Positions 32,130 to 43,122 of a stretch of DNA of 43,122 nt are shown one piece after another. Origin of the DNA: Sminthopsis crassicaudata (Eukaryota); contig NC_133620.1 in the NCBI RefSeq assembly GCF_048593235.1, positions 291,436,643-291,479,764 on the forward strand, given 5' to 3'. The stretch's first letter is position 1. Every line of letters begins with the position of its first letter. The position numbers and the translations under genes are program-made. The notes under the pieces were generated by a model. It worked only from the letters and a program-made list of their open reading frames with translations. It made no database searches and was not told where the DNA came from.

Positions 32130-35100
32130 ATGTTGGTGCTACCCCCAGGACTGAGTGAGGAGGAGGAAACATTGCAGAAGAAATTCAGCAAACTCAAGAA
32201 AAAGGTAAGCAAACAAGCAGAGTGAACAGGAGAAAAACATAGGCTTAAATCCCACAACCTTTTCTTGAATTCATTACTGTAAGAACAACCATCTGTGTAG
32301 CACTACCATTAAATTTGGTACCTCTTGATAAGCAACACCTTTGGCATATGTACGACTTGTGAACCCACTATCACCTTAGGTCACCTTGCCCAACCACAGG
32401 TAGTGGTTGAAATTATTTTAAGTGAAATTTATGAGAAATTCTCCAAACAAAAGATCATAAGATCTTAGAGTGGGGAAAAGCCCTCATTAACTCCTTTTTC
32501 TTTTTTATCTCCCTATCCTCTCTAGAAAAAAGCATTATTGGCTCTTAAGAAGCAAAGTAATAGTAGCACAGCCAGCCAGGGGGGCATCAAACGCTGTGAG
32601 TAATGGGTTAAGTGCTGTTATTACAACGGATGAGAGGAGGGGAGGTGGGTTTTGTTTGGAATTCCAGCAGTATACTGGAAAAAAGAATTGGGACCTAAAA
32701 GGATTTCTCTCACAGGTTAGGCAAGAATATTATTTCCACTTAATGCTTTCTATGTTTTTCCTTGATTAGCTCTATCAGAGCAACCTGTGGTAGACACAGC
32801 CACAGCAACAGAGCAGGCTAAACAGCTGGTAAAATCAGGAGCCATTAGTGCCATTAAAGCTGAAACCAAAAATTCTGGCTTCAAGCGATCACGGACTCTG
32901 GAGGGGAAATTGAAGGTAAGTGGAATCAAAGAAAGAATAGGTGAATCCAGTCTTAATTTACCATGCTGAGGGCCATTAGAATGGGGATGGTATCTTATTC
33001 ATTTTTATATCTTCTTAAAGGACTAGAACAGTTCTGTCTTATCTAGTAAATGCCAAATAAACATTTGAATTGAAGTGGGAAAAGGAGGGCTTTCTTGAGG
33101 ATGGAAGAAAACAATTTTAGGATAAAAACCTTTAGGAGATTCACTTTCTATGGGCCCCAGTTTCCTCATAAGGAAATCAGACCAGATGATTTTTTTTTTT
33201 TTTTAAGGTCCCCTCTGATTTAAAATTACTTTCTATCAGAGATATATTCATGGAAATACACCTGAGAGGTGGTACAAGCCAAATTCAAAATGTCCTCAAG
33301 AAAGGTTTGGGTAATTTCATTAATCAAAAATCATTAAATGCTTACTGGGTACCAGGCCCAGTGCTAGACATTAGGTACAAAAACAGAAATGCCCTTACAT
33401 TGTGGGGGAAATAGTATGTACATGTTAAAAGTATTAGAAAATAAGTATAGAGTACTTTGGGGCAGAGGGAGGCTGACAGCTTGAGTGGATCAAGAAAGGT
33501 TTCATGTAAAAAAGTGGTCCTTGAACTGAGCTTTAAAATAAACAAGGAATTCTTAGATAAGTTAAGGAGGAAGTTAGGGAATGATACCAATACATAGGAA
33601 ATAGCTAGTGAAAAAAACACCAAGATGGGTGATGATGTATCATGTTGAGTAAAAGCAAGGAAGCTAGTCTGGGTTGCCCTCCTAATGCAGGAATTAGAAT
33701 GATATATAATACTGATGGAAAGCTATGTTGGGGCCTGGTTATAAAAGATTTTAAATGCCAAATGAAATATTTTTATATTTAGTCCTAAAAGCAGTAGGGA
33801 ATCATTACCAATGGCTAATATATTGAAATGGAAAATCACATAGTCATGCTTCCATTTTAGGAAATCGCTCTAATATGAATAGATTAAAGAAGGGAAAGAT
33901 TTCAGGAAGAAAGACTAAGAAATTATTACAGTAATTTAGGCCATAGGTGATGACAGCTTTAAAAATTAGGGCTATAGTCATGTGAGTAAAAAGGAAACTA
34001 CCCAAAAGATTTTGTTGAGGTATAGACAAGATTTAGTATTTGTGGAATAGGAAATCAAAGATAATGCTACAGTTTGTGAACATGGGTGACAAAGTATTAG
34101 TGACTTCAGTAGAGATGAGAAAGTTTGGAGAATGGTTTTGGGGGGAAAAAAAATATATATATAAGCTCTGTTTTGGACTTGTTGCATGTTATATACCTAA
34201 AGGACATATAGTTCGAAATTTCCAATAAGCAATTGATTTAAGATTGGAGAAATAAAAATGTTGAATATAGACCCTGGAATTATCAGCATAAAAATGATTA
34301 TCAAGTCAGTGGGGAGCTAAAAAAAACTCATTAAATGAGTATGGAGGAATAAGAGAAGAGAACACAAGACATTACCTTGGAGTACACCCAAAGTTAAGGG
34401 ACATGATAAAGGATAATAAATTAGTAAAGAAGACTGAGAAATAGTGGTTATAATGGTAGGAGCAAAACCAAGACAATATTGTCACAAAAACTAAGAGCAT
34501 ATTAACGAATGGTTAGTCAATTATAGGATATCTGAGGAAATTAGAAATGTATATGGACATTTCTCTTGAGCCCATGCAATGTTTGGGGAGGAACAAAAAG
34601 AAAAGGGGAATCATCGGGGGTTTTTTAAAAAAGAGGCAGGAAAACTTTGGCCAATTGAATAGAGCATCCTAATTCTACTTTGTTATCCTTAGGATCCAGA
34701 GAAGGGCCTAGCGCCTACTTTTCAACCATTTCAGCGAAGCATCTCAGCTGATGATGATTTGCAGGAGGTAATGTGGAAATTACAAGATTTCAAATGCTTG
34801 AAAAGCATTTGGAGGCAAGGTGGTGAAATGGAAGGAAATGGGGATAGGAGGATAAGGGATAGTTATAGTGGGAATATATTGGGCAAAGTGAGAGGAGAAA
34901 GAAAAATGAGTGAGGCAACAGGGTATTTCATTCTAAGTATTAACTTGGCTATTCTTCATGTTATTCTTTGTTTTCTTTCATCTAGTCATCCAGACGTCCC
35001 CAGAGGAAATCTCTATATGAGAGGTTAGAGATGGAATAAGGTTCCTGGAGCCATGCTTGGATTGGAAGGAACCAGGATTTGAAAGGGGAGGATACACATA

Positions 35101-38100
35101 CTTCTGAGGAGGGAACGGGGTAGGGGGACCTTATAATATTTTTGTGTACCTTTACAGCTTTGTATCATCCAGTGATCGACTTCGGGAGCTAGGACCAGAT
35201 GGGGAAGAATCAGAAGGTCCAGGGAGTGGAGATGGCCCTCCCCGAAGCTTTGATTGGGGTTATGAGGAACGAAGTGGTCCCCCCTCTTCAGTCTCCCCAC
35301 CCCGAAGCCGAAGTCGAGATTGCAGCCATGAGAGGAACCGGGATCGGGATAGAGACCGGGATCGAGATCGAGACAGAGATCGGGATCGGGACAAAGATCG
35401 GGACCGGGACAGAGAACGTGATCGAGACCGGGACAGGGAGCGAGACAGGGACAGGGACCGAGACCGGGACAGGGACAAGGACCGAGACCGTGATCGAGAG
35501 GGCCCTTTCCGAAGTAAATGACATGAGTTTAGGGGATAGGAAGTTTCTGAGAATATTTGAGTGGGGTCTACAATGACCTTTCCAGTAAGAGATTGATTGG
35601 ATTATAATCCCTGATCCTAAGCATGATCTCTGGCCTTACAGGATCTGATTCATTTCCTGAGTACCGAGGTCCACGTAAGGGAAACACATTGTATGTATCT
35701 GGAACAGATATGACACCCACCCTCCTTCGTGAAGCCTTCTCACCCTTTGGGAACATCATTGATCTCTCTATGGACCCACCCCGAAAGTAAGGAGGGTTTG
35801 GAAGAGGAAGGTCAAAGAGAGGCTCAGTAAGATATTTGGGGTCCTAGGAAAAAATATAAGGGAATGAGAGAAAGTTCTCATGGGCCAAAAAAGAGACAGA
35901 AGATTGGGAGGGTGTAGGGAAGGGAAATCTTATATTGGGCCTGGTAGAAGAAATAGGGGGAGGAAGTGGCCAAAAAAGATGTGGGTCCTAGGAATGATGC
36001 TGTTTTCCATCCTCACCCAGCTGTGCCTTTGTCACCTATGAGAAGATGGAATCAGCGGATCAGGCAATAGCCGAGGTCAGAATTCTTAAATAGATTCCCT
36101 TTGTCCCTTCTCCTCTTCCTGTTATTTCCCCTATAAAATATTGGGCATGGGAGAGTGTAAATTGTGAGTACCATCCCAACATCATAGTCTTTTCCTCATT
36201 CTCAATCTTAATTCCCCACATTTTTGTATATAGAATGTATCTGATGCAAGTAGATCCTCTCTAATTTGTTCCTAACTTTCTACCACTACTGGTCTCTCCA
36301 CTCACAGCTCAATGGGACCAAGGTAGAATCTGTGCAACTCAAGGTTAGCATCGCTCGTAAGCAGCCTATGCTAGATGCTGCCACCGGCAATTCTGTCTGG
36401 GGCTCCCTTGGTAAGAATACATTTCCAGCTCAACTCCACAGTAATCCACTACTTCATCTTGCTTTTCTCCATAACCTTAGACTCACTAGAATGAGATAAG
36501 GGCCAGGACGGGGTTGGTAGTCATGGAGAGAGGGAAAGGAAAGAAGATGAACCCAAGATTTTTGGAAAGAATTAATAAAATTAAATTGGACATAGAAGTG
36601 TGAAAGAGAGTGAGAGGGGTAAAGTCAGAGAAGAAAGTGTCTATTCATAAGGAAAATTCTAGCCTAAATAACTTGGAAAAATAGGAAAGTTGGATTCAGG
36701 GGGCTATTTTGTTGGAGAAGTAGATGAGTTACATTTTAGATATGTTGATTTTTGAGGTGATAGCAGGACTTTCAGATGTAAATGCCCTCTATGTAAATGC
36801 CTGGAACTCAGATGTTAAGGATGTGGATGAAAGTTACATAGAAAACAATTCTAACATAGAAAATAATTGATGTTATGAGAGATCAGTTCATCAGTAAAGC
36901 TATAGAGAAGAGCAGAAAATCAGTAACTGAGCCTTGAGGATTATCTAGTCATTTTCCCCCTTCATATCCTCCCAAAATGTAGGAGAGGGAGGGGAATAGA
37001 AAAGAGAGAGAGATAGCCAGGGTAATGCCATGTCATGGAAGTCAAGTTTCAGAAAAGCCAAAAGTTTCAGGAAGTTGGGAAGGGAGAGTATAATCTAGTG
37101 TCCCTTGCCCCAGAAAGTGAAAACTAGGAAAAGGCTAGTTTATTAACTGTCCTAGTTTATAGGATATTATAACATCATAGTCATAGGATTTAGAGGTCAT
37201 TTAGGCCAACATCCTCATTTTACAGATGGGGAAAATGAGGTCCTAAGAGGTCAAATGATTTGTCCCAAATTACATAGCAGAACCAACATTATCTCCTAAA
37301 TCTAGTACTCTTCCTGCATTTATTGGTGAACTTATTTATTATTATTATTTATTGGATGAATTTATTGGTGAGGGAGCAATTTTCATGAACTTGTGAGAAG
37401 TCAGGTATCTCATAGGGAAGAGAATGATAGTAAGAAAGTGTTAGTACTTAGTTGGAAACCAGTCAATTGAAAGACTTAGCATTGAAAAGGAAAAGAACAA
37501 GATATTAACTAAAGAATTAAACCAGCATCAAGCAAAGGGCCTAGAGGTTTGTTTTTTGTTTTGTTTTTTCAAAATGTAGGTGAATAAGCATATTTGAAAG
37601 TGGAGGAAGAATTAAAGAGATTGGAAGGAGGATATATAAGAATATAGTTTCCCAGGAGCTGGGAAGGACTTATCTTTAGGGCTGAGAGGAAGTAATTTTA
37701 GAAGATATTTTTCTTCTTCTGTATTATAAAGGAAGGAAGTGGTAGTACATAAAAGTGAAGATAGTAGGTCAAATTGTTCTCAGAATGTGTTTAGGAAATT
37801 TTCAGAATATTTTGAATTAAATTCGCTTCCTTTAATGTATTACCTTAGAAGAGATTTGTTTATATTGCTGCTGCATCTGTCCCTATCACTTTAAGATGAA
37901 TAAATCAATTTCCCAACTTTATAGCTAGATAATAGGAAATTTTCATGGTGAGGGAGAGAGAAAAGAAAAGAGAGGGGGGATATCAACCAAATTTGTCAAA
38001 AGTAAGAAGGAAAATTCATCAATGTCATTGACAAAAGAATGCAACTTCCTTTCAGAATTTTAATAATCCTATTGTTGTACTTATAGAAGTTAAATGTTAA

Positions 38101-38555
38101 CCCTGTCTTTACTTTCTAAAATCATTGTAGACACAAAATGCTTTTATAATATAATTCAAAATGGCAGTTTTTTCCACTTTCTTCTTTCCTTCACTTATAT
38201 TTCAAGAGCTTCACTCAGAACTTGAGGCTTCCAGAACCTGAGTTGGCCTTTCATGGGCTTGAAAATGGCAGGAAGGCAGTCCAGAGTAGATTAATGAACC
38301 TTTACAGCTTTGTGGTTGCAGATTCCAAAGAGGAAAAAAATAACTGAAGACCAATTTTGCTTCAAACTAAGGATGAGCTCTGACTAGGTTTGTTTTTTGG
38401 GTTTTGTTTTTTTTTTTTTAATTAATATTCTTGACATATTCTCTCCTTTCTCTCTAGCTGTACAAAGCAGCCCTAAGGGCTGTCATCGGGACAAGAGGAC
38501 CCAGATTGTCTACAATGATGATGTCTATAAAGAAAACCTTGTGGATGGGTTCTAG
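32130..38555 (+). CDS. NELFE: NELF-E (RD protein), 386 aa
   Basis: Coding exons 32130-32204, 32526-32595, 32770-32915, 34693-34767, 34986-35023, 35158-35513, 35642-35786, 36021-36075, 36308-36410, 38458-38555 total 1161 nt. Starts MLVLPPGLSEEEETLQKKF, contains an RD dipeptide tract and an RRM (NTLYVSG...CAFVTYEK), and ends YKENLVDGF*. The non-coding exon 1 could not be placed exactly. Confidence 0.97.
33320..34550 (-). mobile_element. Long degenerate L2 LINE, NELFE intron 4
   Basis: Begins with the reverse-complemented L2 3' end (attaaatgcttactgggtaccaggcccagtgctag) and continues with L2 body motifs (atcaagaaaggtttcatg...cttgaactgagcttt; ggcc...aaagattttaaatgccaa). Confidence 0.7.
35339..35500 (+). 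repeat. Coding hexamer repeat: 27 (R/K)(D/E) dipeptides in NELFE
   Basis: 162 nt of degenerate hexamers such as CGGGAC and AGAGAT, encoding 22 RD, 3 RE and 2 KD. Confidence 0.95.
36490..37700 (-). mobile_element. Degenerate L2 fragments with an embedded MIR-like piece (~37150-37310), NELFE intron 10
   Basis: L2 body motifs (gatgagttacattttagatatgttgatttttgaggtg; actgagccttgagg) and a MIR core (atcctcattttacagatggggaaaatgagg). Boundaries are approximate. Confidence 0.55.
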
Positions 38556-38743
38556 GCAGCTGAAAGAGTGGGGGAAGAAATCCCTCCTTCCCTTTCTTCC
38601 CTCCTCCCCTCTAGGTTTTAGTAAAAACCCACTAAAATGGATATTCAGTTAACCTCCTTAGTTTCTGAATTTCTTTGGCTGTCAATAATTTTTCAGCCCT
38701 ACACACAGAGAGATCACACACAGGATTGATTGCAGTTCCTTGT

Positions 38744-38756
38744 TTTAATTTTTAAT
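38744..38756 (-). terminator. Tandem ATTAAA polyadenylation signals of CFB
   Basis: Plus-strand tttaat at 38744-38749 and 38751-38756, 25-37 nt past the TGA. This fits the very short CFB 3' UTR. Confidence 0.7.
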
Positions 38757-38780
38757 TTTCCCAGACATGTTGAAAATCTT

Positions 38781-41700
38781 TCACAAGAATCCTAGATCCT
38801 CGTCCTTCAGTTTCTCCTGAAGCCAAGGCAATACTTGGAAGAGGTTGATGTGGAAGTCACGAGCATGAGGGGGAGGGACTCTGTTGGGATGCTTGCAGAC
38901 ATCTTCTACACCCCAGCTAATCACACCCACCTAGGGAAAAGTTAGGGGAAGGATATGTTGACCATTTGGTCATCCACTAGAAATTTCAAGAAGATTTTGC
39001 AGAACCTTCCCAGAATCTTTCTTACCCACCAGAACTGAGCCGCTTTGCTAATTTGTAGACTCAGGAGGACATTTTGCCTCCTAAGGTGGAACAGAAAAGA
39101 AAGACTTACTTGAATAAATCGACTTTTCTTGTGAATAATAAGTGGACCACCAGAATCTCCTGTAAGGAGAAGGGGCAAATTACAAGCTAATAGAAAATGA
39201 TCACATTTTGGAGAAAAAGGTGCTAGAAGAGGAAGTTTTCTTGCCTTTACAGGTGTTGGGGTCAGCATAAGGTTGGTTTCCCCCAGTGCAGAGAAATCGG
39301 GGAGTTACCACATCAGAGAGCTGCTTTATCTTCTCATAGCCTTTGGCTTTTCGGGCATCTCCCTCACAACTGGCTTTCTGTGTGGGCCACAATAAGAGGA
39401 GATAGGTTTTGTGGGAGAAGAAATTTAAGGATTCTCCTGCAGGGTTTTCTCCCACCTCCTCCTCACCATCTCCCCATTCTTTATGTAAACTTCTTTTTGT
39501 AACAAGTTATTCTTGTCTTCAAACACAAACAAGGCTTTGACATTCTTCTCAGGGAGCAGCTCTTTTTCTAGTGGGGGAAAAAGAAACAAGCTCAAATCTT
39601 CTCTGTTACACATCCATCTGTTGGCCCCTTTCATCTTTTGATGCCTTATTTATCTCACCCTGTTGTTGACATGTGGTTGACAATGGGAGCCTTAAAGCAC
39701 GATTTGTTGCCTCTGTGCATGGAAGACAGATGGGTCTGTGTGGAGGAAAGAGAGAGCCTGGGTCAAGTGACTATCATGCTATTCAGGACCAGTGCTCCAC
39801 TCTAGGCACCAGCCATCAATGCCTGTTCTTGTTCTTGACCCAGGGATTCTGACCTGAGGTCTTTTGAGAATGTGAACTTCTTCTTGAGCTTGATAAGGGC
39901 AATGTCATAGTCATAGAATTCAGGAATTCCTTCACCTTTTTTCCTATTGATGTCATAATCAGGGTGGAAATAAACAGCATCCACCTGCCTATTCTGTATA
40001 CCACCTGGAATGAAGAGGAAATAGTAAGCAGGAAGTTATCTCAGAGCTGCTGCTTTGGCCCTAGTCTACAATTCTGTCCTAACTTTTACAGCCTCTGATC
40101 AAGAGTAACAAAAGTGGGTGAGGGGTGGGAAGGTGGTATTCAGGTGGGTATAAAAATGATTAGGAAATTCCCATGGATCAGAAATATTTTATTGAGAAGT
40201 TAGAATGGGGGAAATTTAAAAACTAGAGTCTTAGGAACCAGGACTGCCCTACCTGCATCGACCTTAATGGAATGGGCTTGGTCATCCACATTGAAGCAGT
40301 GAGCAGCTGTTAGCACAAAGTATTCTGACACAACAGCCCCCTTACATGTCTCCTTTCCTGCAGAAGGCCGCTGTAAACAAAATTGGGTGGGATAGAAGAG
40401 AGGGGTCATATCTCTTAGCTATAAATATGCCTTAACCTGTTCGTTTCCCCCACTTCTCCAATCCATCCTCAAGCACTCACAATGACATTAATGGCAACAT
40501 GCCAGGGTTGTCTTTCATATTTTCCACCTTTCTGATGTCCCCATGCTATTCCACACAGACCCAGAGTGTTGCTTTCATCTAAAGGAGAAAGAAAACTAGG
40601 GAATTGTTGCTTACTAGTTCCCTGGATGAAGATTAATTCATGCTGGTAAGGATGTTAATGTCCCATTCTGTTATAGGGACTGGAATGAGAATGAACAATT
40701 GCAGCAGAAGGAAAATTTAGGTTTCATCAGGATAAAAGATTAGATGTCAAAGTATTTTTGGAATTAAATAGAGGTGCTGGAAGATAATAGTGATCTTGAG
40801 GTTCTTACATCCTTGTGTAGTACCACCCTCTTCCAGGCTCCTACCAATCATCAAGGAGAAGACATGCTCCAGGTCTTCCATGTCCTTAACCTTAAACACA
40901 TGTTTTTCCCCATCCTTCTTTGAAGCCAAATCATTGATTTTCTCCTGGTCCACCAAAGGCCCAATCCCAAATACATAGACATCTAAAAATGAAAGCAAAG
41001 TTTGAGAACCTCCTGAATCTCTGAAAGGAACAAAATCTGTTCCAAACATCAGGGTCTTTTAACTGTTCAAAGAAGCTTGACTACTTACCCAGATAATTTT
41101 CTCTTGGATTTCTACGGTTCTTTCCAATATCCAGAAACTCTCGGATCTGCTCGATAGCTGCCACAGGGTCTCCTCCCATGTTGTAATTTCCTGCATGTAT
41201 TGAAGAAAGTGGGGATTGTGTTCTCAAAATAGTGGCAAGGCAGACTGAGATGTGCCAGCTAAGATGTGACATTGGTCAGAGCCATCAAGAGCTGATGGAA
41301 AGAGAAATGGCAACATTGGAAGACAAGAGTCCTTTTAGATTTCTCTAATTGGTAAGAGAAGTAAAAGTCCAGGGGTGGTCATAAAACCAAAAGGAATCAT
41401 TCAGAGGGGATTGGGAAGTGGCCAAAGAGTTGGAGAATCACTCAGGAAGGCTAGAGGGTCACATAGACTGAGGGTCTACAGAATTTAAGGTTTAAGGAAA
41501 ATGGAAGGGCTGGAGACTTCCATGGAGAAGTTTCCTCTAACCATCAGTCATGAGCACGATCACATGACGTGTTTTATTCCAGTTAATGTCATTTTTGGAC
41601 TCTTGTAGGATCATCATCTCATACAGCAACATCAACGCCCGCTTTGTGTTTGTTCCTGACTTCAATTGGTGGTCTGCAGGGAGGAACAAGGTCATTATCC

Positions 41701-42808
41701 TCTCCCCTCAAGCCTCTGGCCAACCTCCTGACATCTTTAAATATCCTTTCCTTCTCCCCTACCTGATAGCCTGCCTCTTCCCCATGCCCTCAACCCAACT
41801 ACCTACATACATATGTGACTTCCTGATCCCACTGTAATAGTTGCTAATTTCTTCTGAGCCCCCATAGGAACATCTCCAACCCCCAAGGTTCTGCTGACTA
41901 GACCTGTATATTGGATCTTTTCCAGCTGTTGGATGACCCAGTCTGCGTCACCGCTTTGCTCATCTGATAATTTGACTACCGCTTTGGCCTCCGTGGCATA
42001 GGTCACTACTGCATATCGTGGCTTCACCCCATAACTTGCCACCTAGCAAAAGAAAGAAAATGCTGGATGGCTCAAAAGTGATAAGAAGAGAAATCTACTG
42101 GGTTAGTTAGGACGTAGAGCACCTATGGTTAATAGGTGATTCAGGAACAGGGGGTCTTAAAGCCAGCAGAATTTGGGAGAATCTAGGAATAGGTGACATG
42201 ATGGAATGAGGGGAGAGAAAAAAGGCATGGGCAGATTGAGAGAGAACACTTCTATTAAAAATCCAGTTTTTCTATGAACCCTTTCCTCATCAACACAAAT
42301 CAAGAAGAACCTTCCCCATCTGACTACACACAATACTTTGTTTTGGGCCTTTTTAATGCACTATTTCACATTATTAAAATTATCTCTCCCACCAGGAAAC
42401 TAAGCTCCATGATGGCAGGGACTGAGCCTTATCCAAAATTTCTCCCCTGTTACAAAGATTTCTTAATGCTTAGTAAATGATTGTTGATTTGAGGGTGCGG
42501 CCATTAGGGTCAGTCATGGGCTGCTCAAGGAGAAGCAGGCTACTAGTCATCACCTTTTCAATGAGGCTAGCAAAACACTTTTTGGCTCCTGTAAAGTTGT
42601 TCTTGCCAATGCTATCTGATGCATCTAGCACTAGATACATATTCATAGATCCTGAGGGGTCTAAGACAATCTTCCGTTTCTGCTGCTCTCCTGGGAGGAA
42701 AACAAAAATTCTTGGAAACCACTACCCCAGTATGCCCACCTCTCCTTTTCCCTAGGTTCACATGCTCTCCTTCTTAGATCCCAAAAACTGCCCCCAGCCC
42801 AGTTCCTG

Positions 42809-42855
<47 letters not shown>

Positions 42856-42973
42856 CATACATACCACTTACCTGGGTTATATCCATTTTCTGCATCAGCC
42901 CCTTCAATGGTCTCTGTCAGGGAGGATATGAAGGCAGCAAACACCTCCTCTGAGGTATCATACATGAAGGAGT
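38781..42973 (-). CDS. CFB: Complement factor B, exons 5-18; 5' end lies outside the window
   Basis: Coding exons 42872-42973, 42554-42690, 41904-42042, 41542-41673, 41089-41190, 40845-40982, 40481-40578, 40253-40370, 39854-40004, 39659-39735, 39467-39567, 39245-39377, 39110-39159, 38781-38930. Motifs: factor D site [20 protein letters not shown], vWA MIDAS DASDS, catalytic triad in TAAHC, DYDIAL and [15 protein letters not shown]-terminal DEDLGFL*. Intron 39160-39244 uses a GC donor. Confidence 0.97.
42811..42864. repeat. (AC)18 microsatellite followed by short (AT) and (ACAT) units, CFB intron 5
   Basis: Perfect (AC)18 at 42811-42846, then atatatatacatacatac, close to the exon 5 donor at 42870-42871. 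Confidence 0.97.
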
Positions 42974-43122
42974 CTTTAAGGTAAAAAATGGTGAATGAGG
43001 AAGTGACCATATTCTAGGAATAGAGGAAGCAGATGAAATTGTCCTAGGAAGGGCTTAAAGGGGAGGAACAAATCAGGATAGAGGATTAAGATGAATATAT
43101 TTTGGATTAAGAGCAGGAGTGG

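Noticed and set aside
32596-32769. Possible orthologue of the human mirtron miR-1236 in NELFE intron 3
   Set aside because: The intron is 174 nt and its 5' and 3' ends are not complementary, so no mirtron hairpin is evident.
35339-35500. CRISPR-like or non-coding tandem array
   Set aside because: It is a coding hexamer repeat with no spacers, in a eukaryotic exon.
38180-38390. Possible cryptic exon in NELFE intron 10
   Set aside because: A pyrimidine tract and AG occur near 38207, but there is no convincing donor and no recognisable coding similarity.
38781-43122. Complement C2 instead of CFB
   Set aside because: [30 protein letters not shown] and the DEDLGFL C-terminus are factor B-specific, and the position next to NELFE fits CFB.

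Overview
This is mammalian genomic DNA from the MHC class III region, almost certainly from a marsupial; the CORE-SINE and L1 3' ends resemble dasyurid types such as Tasmanian devil. I built gene models by hand from GT/GC-AG boundaries and recalled homology to the human proteins. Six spliced genes are present. C4 (-) has exons 1-34 and part of exon 35 and runs off the left edge. STK19/WHR1 (-) has 7 coding exons (251 aa). DXO (+) has 6 coding exons (399 aa). SKIV2L/SKIC2 (-) has 28 exons (1249 aa). NELFE (+) has 10 coding exons (386 aa). CFB (-) has exons 5-18 and runs off the right edge. All exon phases join without frameshifts or premature stops. Two CpG-island bidirectional promoters, two tight tail-to-tail junctions and many SINE/LINE/MITE remnants fill the rest. 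The gene set is a known conserved cluster, and I see no convincing new multi-gene system or prokaryotic feature. The best leads are local: an in-frame exon-31 mimic donor in C4 intron 30, a triple CCAAT cluster in STK19 intron 2, a GC-AG intron in CFB, a CpG-rich SINE next to an ETS/CCAAT/TATA/YY1 cluster in SKIV2L intron 2, a modified and duplicated C4 E-box, and a nested L1 pair just upstream of C4. Homology statements come from memory; no database search was run.
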